Virus record (IMG/VR): IMGVR_UViG_3300016649_000397
Coordinates: 1 to 52,192 of that record
Reading direction: 5' to 3' (one strand)
From: a virus
Lineage: Duplodnaviria > Caudoviricetes
DNA: 52,192 nt
The position numbers and the translations under genes were made by a program. Shown piece by piece: positions 27,455 through 35,546 of the stretch. The notes beneath the pieces are model-generated. The model was not told the DNA's origin. It worked only from the letters and a program-made list of their open reading frames with translations, and did not search any database. Numbering within the stretch: position 1 is the first letter of the stretch; each line of letters opens with the position of its first letter.

Positions 27455-27692
27455 CACGTAATATTACGCGGGCGTAATCTTACTGTCAGATAAGATTACG
27501 CCCGCAGTAACATTACACAAATGTAAGATTACTTGAGTACGCATTTCTAACGTAACATTACCCGGCCGAAACTTTTATGAGATCTAATGTAACTTTACCG
27601 GCCCGCTACTTTACGGCTGAGTTGCCGGCTATTGTCGATCATTATTCTTGATCTATTCTTGACCTATTCACTCAACTATTATGGATAGTTTG

Positions 27693-27739
27693 CGAACACA
27701 CGTTCGCTAGTTGTAATCCGATCTCGACCCTGCTAGTAT
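27693..27739 (+). promoter_or_regulatory. Perfect LexA box abutting a sigma70-type promoter
   Basis: CGAACACACGTTCG 27693-27706; TTGTAA 27711, 17 nt, TAGTAT 27734 with TGn extension. Confidence 0.7.
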
Positions 27740-27745
27740 GTCTCT

Positions 27746-27985
27746 TGCCATCTTGACCCGTACTCAGGTCACCTAGTAGGCGGGCGGTAATTTTACCGCC
27801 GAGCATCGGCTAGGTCTGAGTGTGTATGGCGCGAGCGTCGCTCGCAAGTTTGGGATACTAGGCAGACAGCGAAACCTAGCGCGCGTGTAAGGTAACGAAC
27901 ACGGCAGACAAAACTTACAGCAAGGGTCACGAGTGATTATCGTGACCGTATCCCACTAGTAGCGTTACTCACACGAAAGGTTACA
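27746..27985 (+). ncRNA. Candidate structured leader RNA (about 240 nt)
   Basis: Multiple nested stems and a possible pseudoknot next to the RBS. Confidence 0.55.
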
Positions 27986-27988
27986 CAG

Positions 27989-28285
27989 ATGTCCAAATCT
28001 GATGACCACGAGTTTGAGTTCGTGAACGAAAGCGAACTCAGGTTCGCAAAGCGCGGTCGCAAGTCTCAGGTCAACCCTGAGATCGTCGCGCAGATCAAGA
28101 AACTTACCGTAGGTAAGTGTCTGACGATCAAGAGCCTGAGAGTTGACCCCAAAGACAAGAGCCGTAAGGCTACTGTCTCGGCTCAACTACGCTCAAGCGC
28201 AAAGGTTGCCGGCGTTGAGGTGGACATTCAGTTCACCATCGACGGCGTGCCGACCGTGCGCTTGCGTTCACGCTCAAAAGCGTGA
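27989..28285 (+). CDS. Small basic protein, family B copy 2
   Basis: FEFVNESELRFAKRGRKS; GAAAGG RBS. Confidence 0.8.
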   Translation: MSKSDDHEFEFVNESELRFAKRGRKSQVNPEIVAQIKKLTVGKCLTIKSLRVDPKDKSRKATVSAQLRSSAKVAGVEVDIQFTIDGVPTVRLRSRSKA

Positions 28286-28373
28286 GCTCTGACGAACCTG
28301 TAATCTAACGGATTACGGCTCTAACTACTAATCGGCTTGGCAAGCCGAGATAGCGTATGGGTGGCAACAGCAG

Positions 28374-28447
28374 GCAGACTAGCGGGCGCGTAATGTTTCA
28401 GGGACTCATCAACCTGAACCTACGCGCTCGCTAGTCTGTTTTTTTTT
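28374..28447 (+). terminator. Long terminator hairpin
   Basis: CAGACTAGCGGGCGCGTA...TACGCGCTCGCTAGTCTG followed by a T9 tract. Confidence 0.75.
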
Positions 28448-28934
28448 GTCTTGTCGATGTACCATAAATGCCCCATACCGCAAATGCCCCGGTCGATCGC
28501 CACGTCGGCCGCGTTCCCTTACACGGTCGTAAAGTTACGTCCGTGCTATTTTTTTGGGCGAACTACGGTAATATTACCAACGGTAATATTACATGTAACT
28601 TTGAGAATTTGAATAATCTTATTTTTTATATATAATATTACCTTTATGACTACCTTTATGTAATCTTACGGCGGGTGTAATATTACGGCATCTTAATATT
28701 ACACCCGAGGTAATATTACACCGGCTCTCAACAATTGAGTAAGCCTATTCCTAATCCGTTTCTTTACGGCCGACAAAACCTTTATGTAATCCGTAATCAT
28801 ACAGCTAATCTTTATGGCCGGTAATATTACCGCTTTGTAATCTTACAGCCGGGGAAGATAAAAAAAAACATCGACTTTTAGCTAATCCTTTACTGAAATG
28901 GTTTAGCCTTTGATCGACGTGATACAAAAGAAAA

Positions 28935-28958
28935 TGGGTGGGGTTTTATCCCCACCCA
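28935..28958 (-). terminator. Terminator for 29007..29342
   Basis: TGGGTGGGG/CCCCACCCA stem with an A tract on its left. Confidence 0.65.
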
Positions 28959-29006
28959 AATCCTTATTCTTTTCGTTTTCGGTAGCGTTGGGAAACGCTT
29001 AGTCAA

Positions 29007-29342
29007 TTATTTCTTGGTTGCCTTAGCGAATTTCGCGGCTGGAATTTTACCTTCGTGCCAACGAATTTCGACAGTCATTCCCAAACGCTTTGCGATTTGG
29101 CGAATGTTTGCCGAAACTGTTGCCTTGTGATTTCGGATTGACTTTGCGTCAGTCATTCCCGAAGGAATTGCCTTGCCGTGAAAAAGAACCCATTTGTCTG
29201 GGTTTTTTTCGACCTGAACGCGAACCGTTTCCACTTCCTTTTCGGAAATGTTTGATTTGCGCCCACGCTTGGCGAAAACCAAATCGTTTTCGGATACGAT
29301 TTGGAAATCACCTTCTTTCGGTGTTTCGTTTTCTTTTGCCAT
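29007..29342 (-). CDS. Small basic protein, family B copy 3
   Basis: FQIVSENDLVFAKRGRKS; AAAGGA RBS; promoter TTGGTT-17 nt-TAGCGT. Confidence 0.8.
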   Translation of the reverse strand: MAKENETPKEGDFQIVSENDLVFAKRGRKSNISEKEVETVRVQVEKNPDKWVLFHGKAIPSGMTDAKSIRNHKATVSANIRQIAKRLGMTVEIRWHEGKIPAAKFAKATKK

Positions 29343-30008
29343 GTTGGTTTTTTTCCTTTGTGTGTTGTTTTTGTTTTTTGTTTTTTTAGCGTTTCCCAAC
29401 GCTGGGGACAACGCTACCAGCCAACGTAAAAAAAACCAACCTCAAACTAAAAAAAACATTATTTCATGCCTTTTCCCGTCGGCCGGGTTTTGGCGTTTCT
29501 TTCATAGATTTTCCGGCACAATAGTCGATCAATAGCTTTATAGGTCGTCGCAGGCTAGTGTAATATTACGGTTGGTAATATTACACCGTTGTAATGTTAC
29601 ATGGAGTACATAAAAAAAATCAACTCATTCTTTATCTAATGTTTTAGATAAAGTAATACCTTTATGGGACAATCATTTCCCCAATTACAATCTGAGCAGT
29701 TAGGCAACCCTAACGCTGGGGATTACATAGGTGTAATTTCCATCTAATGGCTTAGCACTTAGACATAATAAGTTCCGGGTTGTTTGATAAATCTTCTCAG
29801 ATGTATAACTATCTATAGAGAGACTAATACTATCAGTTATTCAATCATTTATCTTTCCCGGACCTTTACGCTAGGATAAATCGGTCTCTTTATAGGGTGC
29901 TTGTGCAAAAGTGAAGGTTTTTCACTGTTTTTGATAGGTTTTTGCCCATTATTTTACAATACACCATAGAAATTATTAATTTTATACGCATTTTAGAGCG
30001 TTTTCCGC

Positions 30009-30073
30009 CTCATTTCTGTAGGACGTATGTTTATCTGTAGGACATATGTAACTCATTTCTGTAGGATGTATCT
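30009..30073. repeat. Three tandem TCTGTAGGAYRTATST units
   Basis: Direct repeats seen in non-coding DNA. Confidence 0.7.
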
Positions 30074-30250
30074 AAGAGACGTAACCCCTCTGAAAAGAAT
30101 ATCCCATCTATTCATCTTCTTCAGAATCAAACTCCCATTCATATCTCTTGATCATTCCATTGATAATCATATCCCACATCTTTTCAATAGCGTCATCTTC
30201 ATTCCCGGCCTCGATTATTTCCGAATACCAAGCATTTACCTTATACTTTT

Positions 30251-30532
30251 TCATTTCTTTACCTTAGTGCTTTTGGGCTTTGATTTCTTAGCTTTTTTTG
30301 CCACCGCTTTTTTTGCATTTGCCGTCTTTGATTTCCGCGGTCTACTCTTTGGCGATTTCGTAGCCTCAAGCAGATAGATTATATAATCTACCCCTTCCAA
30401 ATACCCATCCCAAAAGCTAAACTCTTTATCCCCGGTTTGTTCAGCGTATTGCTTTTGCTTAAAGGCGTCATTTCTGACCTCTTTAATTCGAGCAAAAAGC
30501 ATGCTTCTTTTGATTCTCTCATCCTTATCCAT
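30251..30532 (-). CDS. Hypothetical protein with a Lys/Ala-rich histone-like tail
   Basis: GGAGG RBS before MDKDER. Confidence 0.6.
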   Translation of the reverse strand: MDKDERIKRSMLFARIKEVRNDAFKQKQYAEQTGDKEFSFWDGYLEGVDYIIYLLEATKSPKSRPRKSKTANAKKAVAKKAKKSKPKSTKVKK

Positions 30533-30779
30533 TATCGCCTCCATTTTTCTTGTAGTAAGCTTCAATTGCTTCCGCAATAGTATCCCAAATCATTCCGCTG
30601 GGAATTTCAAACTGTTCAAATTCTAGTTCGTCTAAAACATCTGACCACACCTTTTCTGATACTGTATGTTCAAGATATGGCAAATTTCTATCCCACCACA
30701 TTGCAATGATCTTATCGTCTGGATTATACATATCCTGTAGTGCTTTAATTATTTCCGATACCTTATGCATTTCTTTCAT
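30525..30779 (-). CDS. Hypothetical protein
   Basis: Operon packing; AGGAGG RBS. Confidence 0.55.
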   Translation of the reverse strand: MKEMHKVSEIIKALQDMYNPDDKIIAMWWDRNLPYLEHTVSEKVWSDVLDELEFEQFEIPSGMIWDTIAEAIEAYYKKNGGDNG

Positions 30780-31032
30780 ATTTCCTCCTTAGGTGTTTGT
30801 AGTATCTTTTTTGGACTTTTTTGTAGAGCCAACCCCTTCTAAAAAGCCTACGAGAACGCTCAGGAGACTCCACAATCTCTTCTAAATCTATTTCCCCGTC
30901 CTCGCCCATATTTTCACTTATAAAATGCGTGATCTGTTGTACAGTATCACTAAAGGCAAATTGCCCGAGTCGTTCCCTAACCTCTTTGGGAAGCAAATCC
31001 CATTCTTCTTTTGTCTCTGGTATTTTGTTCAT
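30763..31032 (-). CDS. Hypothetical protein
   Basis: GGAG RBS before MNKIPE. Confidence 0.55.
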   Translation of the reverse strand: MNKIPETKEEWDLLPKEVRERLGQFAFSDTVQQITHFISENMGEDGEIDLEEIVESPERSRRLFRRGWLYKKVQKRYYKHLRRKYERNA

Positions 31033-31040
31033 TTGTTCTC

Positions 31041-31054
31041 CAAACGTGTGTTCG
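31041..31054. promoter_or_regulatory. Near-consensus LexA box
   Basis: CAAACGTGTGTTCG directly upstream of the RBS of 30763..31032. Confidence 0.45.
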
Positions 31055-31093
31055 TTTTGCATTATTATTCCTTATGATTAGATACCCAAAATA

Positions 31094-31312
31094 TTAGGAT
31101 TGTTGTTCTACTATAATTTTGTTGTTAACCGAGTATATTTTGTCAGCCAATTGATTGAGATATAAATGAACTTCGTTGTAATCCCCCATTGGAAGCTTGA
31201 TGCTATCGTCTTGCATTTGGAAAAAAATTTCTTGAATAAATCTAATTTTTTCTAGGCTATCCATACCCTGCCTAGCAGACGCATACCATTTGTGAAGTTC
31301 TTCTTCATTCAT
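31094..31312 (-). CDS. Hypothetical protein
   Basis: Operon packing. Confidence 0.55.
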   Translation of the reverse strand: MNEEELHKWYASARQGMDSLEKIRFIQEIFFQMQDDSIKLPMGDYNEVHLYLNQLADKIYSVNNKIIVEQQS

Positions 31313-31562
31313 ATTTAACCTCTATTTCTTGACCTGTTTCCCAAGGGAATGTTGTTACAATGTATGCCAATCTGTTGACAAAATACTTACCATTAACAAT
31401 ATATTTATTGTCAAGCATTGTCCAAATTTTTAGAGGATCTACAGTATTTACAAGACTTAAATCTTCCCCATATGTTTCGTAATACTTGATCTGATCATTC
31501 TCGCAATATGGCTGATATTTATCAAACCAATGGTCATATGCCATCTCAATTACTTCATTCAT
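31305..31562 (-). CDS. Hypothetical protein
   Basis: YETYGEDL..V...KIWT...IVNGKYFVNRLAY pattern; operon packing. Confidence 0.6.
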   Translation of the reverse strand: MNEVIEMAYDHWFDKYQPYCENDQIKYYETYGEDLSLVNTVDPLKIWTMLDNKYIVNGKYFVNRLAYIVTTFPWETGQEIEVKYE

Positions 31563-32004
31563 TGTTGCTCCTCATTTGTATTAGTAAATCTCTAGCAACA
31601 GGAAAGCCTTCTTGTATCACATCAAAATGAACACTATCAAGCCATTCATCGCCTAAATACATATCAAACCAAGGATTCATAGCCCAATTATCTATGTCAA
31701 TCTTAGCTAAATCCTTGTCTGTATTGATATTGTGATCAAATAAATCACCGCAATGATTAAGTCTATGAGTATCGGCTTCACTATCAACATAGTTAATTCT
31801 CATTTCTCCATCGCAGTAAATGTTAATCGTATTCCCGTTAGTATTGTCAGTAATTGATGCAACATAAGTATGTCCATATCCCTCACAATAAAACGCAGGA
31901 TCAGATTGATTCTTTACCAATTGGCCGGGATCAATTTTAAACTCACTCCCGAACTCTTTTTGCAGATTTTTAATTTCCTCTGAATCAACTGTTAGCGACT
32001 CCAC
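31555..32004 (-). CDS. Hypothetical protein
   Basis: Operon packing. Confidence 0.6.
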   Translation of the reverse strand: MESLTVDSEEIKNLQKEFGSEFKIDPGQLVKNQSDPAFYCEGYGHTYVASITDNTNGNTINIYCDGEMRINYVDSEADTHRLNHCGDLFDHNINTDKDLAKIDIDNWAMNPWFDMYLGDEWLDSVHFDVIQEGFPVARDLLIQMRSNNE

Positions 32005-32544
32005 ATCCCCTACTTTTCGTTTTCCGATTTGTCAAGAACCCAATAAATCCAATCATAGTAACTTTCTTTTTCTTCATCGGGCGCGTGTTCATATTGATCG
32101 TTTAGCATTATCAATAACCCCTGAACAAGTTTTAGTTCATTTTCAAAATATAGATATTGTTTATCGGTCATACACTTTAGCCTCCAATTCACTAACTCTC
32201 TTGTTTAGAATGGTAATGATTTCCGCTATTGACTCTAATGATTTCATCGTTAGAGAATGATTGGTATCATTAAGCTCTTCCATTTCCATCAACTTTCCCA
32301 TTATCATATCGTGTGTATCTCTGTTAGTCATATGTTCACTCACAATCGTGTCCGTAACTTGCTTCTTCCATTGTTAATTTCTTTCCGCATTCTACGCATT
32401 TTTTTACATAGATTGTATTGTCTTTGCCGACAAGTACTTTTACCTTGTCGACAAAGACAAAACTTTCTTCATTAGTCTCGTCTTGCATATTTCCTCAATG
32501 CTACATACAATCCGGCAATAATTACTGCCCAAATTAAATAATAT

Positions 32545-33363
32545 TTACTGTCCTGCATTTGGCATCAACTCTCTTTCTGGTTTATTTGCTTTAGCCAAAT
32601 CAACAAGATCCAAGAAATTCATTGCGCTTGCATCAGCAGTTTGTTGATTTTCGGCATCAAGAATATTCAGGCCAATTGCTTTTTGATCAAAGCAACTTTT
32701 ATCCATAGATTGAATTGCATTTGAAATACGAGATACAATCGTACCATTATGTTTTGGAATTTTGAGTGAAATGCCAAGTTCTTCAAAATCAACAAAAAAT
32801 TCTTTTCCATCTTCGTCTGTTTCATCATCATCACTAAACGGAGAAGCCACATCAAAAAGTTTTTCTTTGTCAATCGGATAACCACTTTCATCCTTAATAA
32901 CATATGTCGGTTGGAATTTTCCGTCTGCGTCAAAGAGATATGACATATTTAGGAAAATGTTTTTCCAATCATATTCATTAATGTTGTCGTGAATTCTTTG
33001 CATGATGCTAAGCATCACCCAAGATTCTTTAGTAAATTGCCAGTTTGAATTTGACAAAATTACTACTTCTAATGGTGCTTTTTCTGCAATCCCTGAGCCT
33101 TCAATTTCAGCAGAGAATTCATTTTGATAATTAACGAAAATATTTGGATTCATAATAAATCCAACAGCACATCTTAGATTCGTGTCTGTTGTATTATCAT
33201 AACCAAAATACTGACAGGTATCACCTGCTTCATATTTATCCAATTCTTCGTCATACCACTGCTCTTGGGATTTCTGTCCTTGTTTTACCATTTTATCGGT
33301 AATAAAGTTAAAAATATCTCTGTCTGTTACTTTTTCTGCTTCTAGTATTTTATTGGTTTCCAT
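32545..33363 (-). CDS. Hypothetical protein, CxYxG..CAVG family
   Basis: N-terminal half similar to 37392..37793. Confidence 0.65.
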   Translation of the reverse strand: METNKILEAEKVTDRDIFNFITDKMVKQGQKSQEQWYDEELDKYEAGDTCQYFGYDNTTDTNLRCAVGFIMNPNIFVNYQNEFSAEIEGSGIAEKAPLEVVILSNSNWQFTKESWVMLSIMQRIHDNINEYDWKNIFLNMSYLFDADGKFQPTYVIKDESGYPIDKEKLFDVASPFSDDDETDEDGKEFFVDFEELGISLKIPKHNGTIVSRISNAIQSMDKSCFDQKAIGLNILDAENQQTADASAMNFLDLVDLAKANKPERELMPNAGQ

Positions 33364-34177
33364 TGTTATCTCCTGTTTGTTTTGTTATTTGTTTACTTTT
33401 GATTTTTTTAACAATTTTCTTTGCATATACTGGATTATAACTATTTGATTGCTCTAGCTTTATCTCACCATCTTTAATTCTTGTTAACACATCTACTGCA
33501 TATTTATGATGAATTGAATTTAACATAACTGTTCCACTATAAAAATCCCATTCTGGGTCATACGGACTTGCTTTTGGAACTGTGCGATAGTCATATTTTT
33601 CATTTCTTTCTGCCCACTGTATTTGTGAATAGTTTTGCGGTTCAAATAATCGAACAAATGACCAAACGGAAGACTCAGAGCCGTAGAAAATTTTTCTACC
33701 AGCCTCTATCGGAATATTTAGCCAATTACAAGCTATATTTTCAAAAAAATCAACATGATTTCTTGAATCATCTGTTAGCCATTTTGGCTGTTTCCAATCA
33801 AGAGCATTTGCAGTAGCAAATCCAGCAATACATCCAACGCTATCACAATTGAAAGATTGCGTAGTTTTGCTAAATGAATTTTTGCTTTTTTCATTCCCTC
33901 TTAAGCCAATTTCAAATTCATGAACTTGTAAAGATGGATTATTTTCAAGGTAGTTGCTAATTTTTGCAATGAATGTTGTCATGTTAAAATTAACAATACC
34001 ATTTGCTTCAATTGATTCAATCAATATTTTAAAATTCTTTTGATTGTAATCTTTTTGTTTGGCTGATTGCAGCGATATGTCATTTTTTTGACATACCCGA
34101 TTCCATTCGTCTTGAGTCTTGTCATCAACTACCGCTGAATATGTTTTAACCAATTTTGTTAATGATGGCTTTGTCAT
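33350..34177 (-). CDS. Hypothetical protein, FNCxxxGCIAGFA family copy 1
   Basis: Motifs shared with 34451 and 36130. Confidence 0.7.
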   Translation of the reverse strand: MTKPSLTKLVKTYSAVVDDKTQDEWNRVCQKNDISLQSAKQKDYNQKNFKILIESIEANGIVNFNMTTFIAKISNYLENNPSLQVHEFEIGLRGNEKSKNSFSKTTQSFNCDSVGCIAGFATANALDWKQPKWLTDDSRNHVDFFENIACNWLNIPIEAGRKIFYGSESSVWSFVRLFEPQNYSQIQWAERNEKYDYRTVPKASPYDPEWDFYSGTVMLNSIHHKYAVDVLTRIKDGEIKLEQSNSYNPVYAKKIVKKIKSKQITKQTGDNNGNQ

Positions 34178-34189
34178 TTTTCCTCGCTT

Positions 34190-34435
34190 TTATTTTTTAT
34201 CAGTTTTTGGAATATCAAGATAAATACCCTGATCACCTTGTTTACCAAATAATACACCCGGTCCATTACCTTCCCAATCTGCTGATGGATAAAGTATTGT
34301 CCCATCTGAAAACACAAGAACTATCGTGCTTTCAGGTTGAGAAAAATCCCAACCCTCTTCATTTAGTTCTTGTTTTGTCATATTTCTAATACCTGTAACT
34401 GTTGCTCCAAGTATTGTATTTTTTCCTGAATTCAT
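34190..34435 (-). CDS. Hypothetical protein
   Basis: AGGAG RBS; YPSADWEGNGPG motif. Confidence 0.6.
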   Translation of the reverse strand: MNSGKNTILGATVTGIRNMTKQELNEEGWDFSQPESTIVLVFSDGTILYPSADWEGNGPGVLFGKQGDQGIYLDIPKTDKK

Positions 34436-34450
34436 ACACTATCTCCTTTG

Positions 34451-35215
34451 TTATTGTTGCTTATATTGTGGAATAAATTCGTCTGAAAAGATAATTTCTC
34501 CGCTTGCAATTCTACGCAAAACATCTACTGCGACTTTGTAATCAATTGACGATAATTCAATAGATTCCTCTGTCCAATCAAAGTCATCATATTCATCATC
34601 TTCCCAATTAGACCACTCCAGATTTTGATAGTTTTCTCTTTCGTGATATGCAACAAAAGCCCAAACACTGGCCTCATCACCATAGAAAATTTTTCTGCCG
34701 ACCTGAATTGGAATGTTGAGATAATTGCACGCAATATTTTCAAACGAATGCATATAATTTCTTGAATCTTCAGTTAGCCAATCGGGTTGCTTCCAATCCA
34801 TAGCTATTGCCATTGCAAACCCAGCAATACAACCAACGCTATTGCAATTGAATGCACTAGTGTATTGATCTAGAGTATTTGCGCCTTTTGAAGTTTCTTC
34901 ATAGTGAAGAGATAGAGAATGAATTGGCATATCAAGACTGTTGCCAAGATTTCTTTCAATACCCTCTGCAATTTTTCCCCAAAATGTAGTCATATTGAAA
35001 CTAGTAATACCGTTTAGTTCAATTGCAGAAATCAATTCTTTAAATGATTTTTGATCATAGTCTTTGTGAGTCATTAACTCAAGACTACTTTTATTTCTAT
35101 TTTCTATCAAAGTGAGATTATCATATCTTTCAATTTGTCTTTGATCATCTTTTACTTGTCTCTGCCTATAGTAATCCCCATAAGCATTAATAAGTACTGA
35201 TAGTTTTGGTTTCAT
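34451..35215 (-). CDS. Hypothetical protein, FNCxxxGCIAGFA family copy 2
   Basis: Shared motifs; AGGAG RBS before MKPKLS. Confidence 0.7.
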   Translation of the reverse strand: MKPKLSVLINAYGDYYRQRQVKDDQRQIERYDNLTLIENRNKSSLELMTHKDYDQKSFKELISAIELNGITSFNMTTFWGKIAEGIERNLGNSLDMPIHSLSLHYEETSKGANTLDQYTSAFNCNSVGCIAGFAMAIAMDWKQPDWLTEDSRNYMHSFENIACNYLNIPIQVGRKIFYGDEASVWAFVAYHERENYQNLEWSNWEDDEYDDFDWTEESIELSSIDYKVAVDVLRRIASGEIIFSDEFIPQYKQQ

Positions 35216-35216
35216 T

Positions 35217-35546
35217 TTATTCTCCTTGCTTTGTTTTGTTTTGTTTGTAATTAATCCATGACTGATTATACGAATTCCCAAATTGTTCAGTCCAAGCAAA
35301 ATCTTTATCTAATTTTTGCTCCAGTCCGTAACTAATAAGTCTATCAAGAAAGTCGCAGTATTCTTGCGAATTAACTTTCAATTTAGCATTATTACCAGTT
35401 TGGGGATCTTTGATAAAAATCACAGTATCATCTTTTACTGGGATAATCAATGAGTATTGTGAGTTGATGTAGGACTGAATTTTTAATTCAAATTCAGACT
35501 TAGCATCTTTCTTTTGCTCAACCTTTTTCTGCTGTTTCAATGGCAT
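35217..35546 (-). CDS. Hypothetical protein
   Basis: GGAGG RBS; operon packing. Confidence 0.55.
   Translation of the reverse strand: MPLKQQKKVEQKKDAKSEFELKIQSYINSQYSLIIPVKDDTVIFIKDPQTGNNAKLKVNSQEYCDFLDRLISYGLEQKLDKDFAWTEQFGNSYNQSWINYKQNKTKQGE

Larger units (their letters stand above)
23206..29600. repeat. Dispersed array of the GTAAnnTTAC palindrome (about 44 exact copies)
   Basis: Exact copies include 23206, 23242, 23296, 23791, 23821, 23913, 24665, 24756, 25125, 25856, 26109, 26722, 27458, 27474, 27507, 27523, 28568, 28583, 28821, 28837, 29560, 29575, 29591. Confidence 0.95.

Noticed and set aside
23821-28719. Classical integron attC sites
   Set aside because: No RYYYAAC...GTTRRRY ends and no integrase seen; kept only as an analogy
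23206-29600. CRISPR array interpretation of the repeated palindromes
   Set aside because: The repeat is only 10 bp with a variable centre, spacing is not uniform, genes are interleaved, and no cas genes are seen
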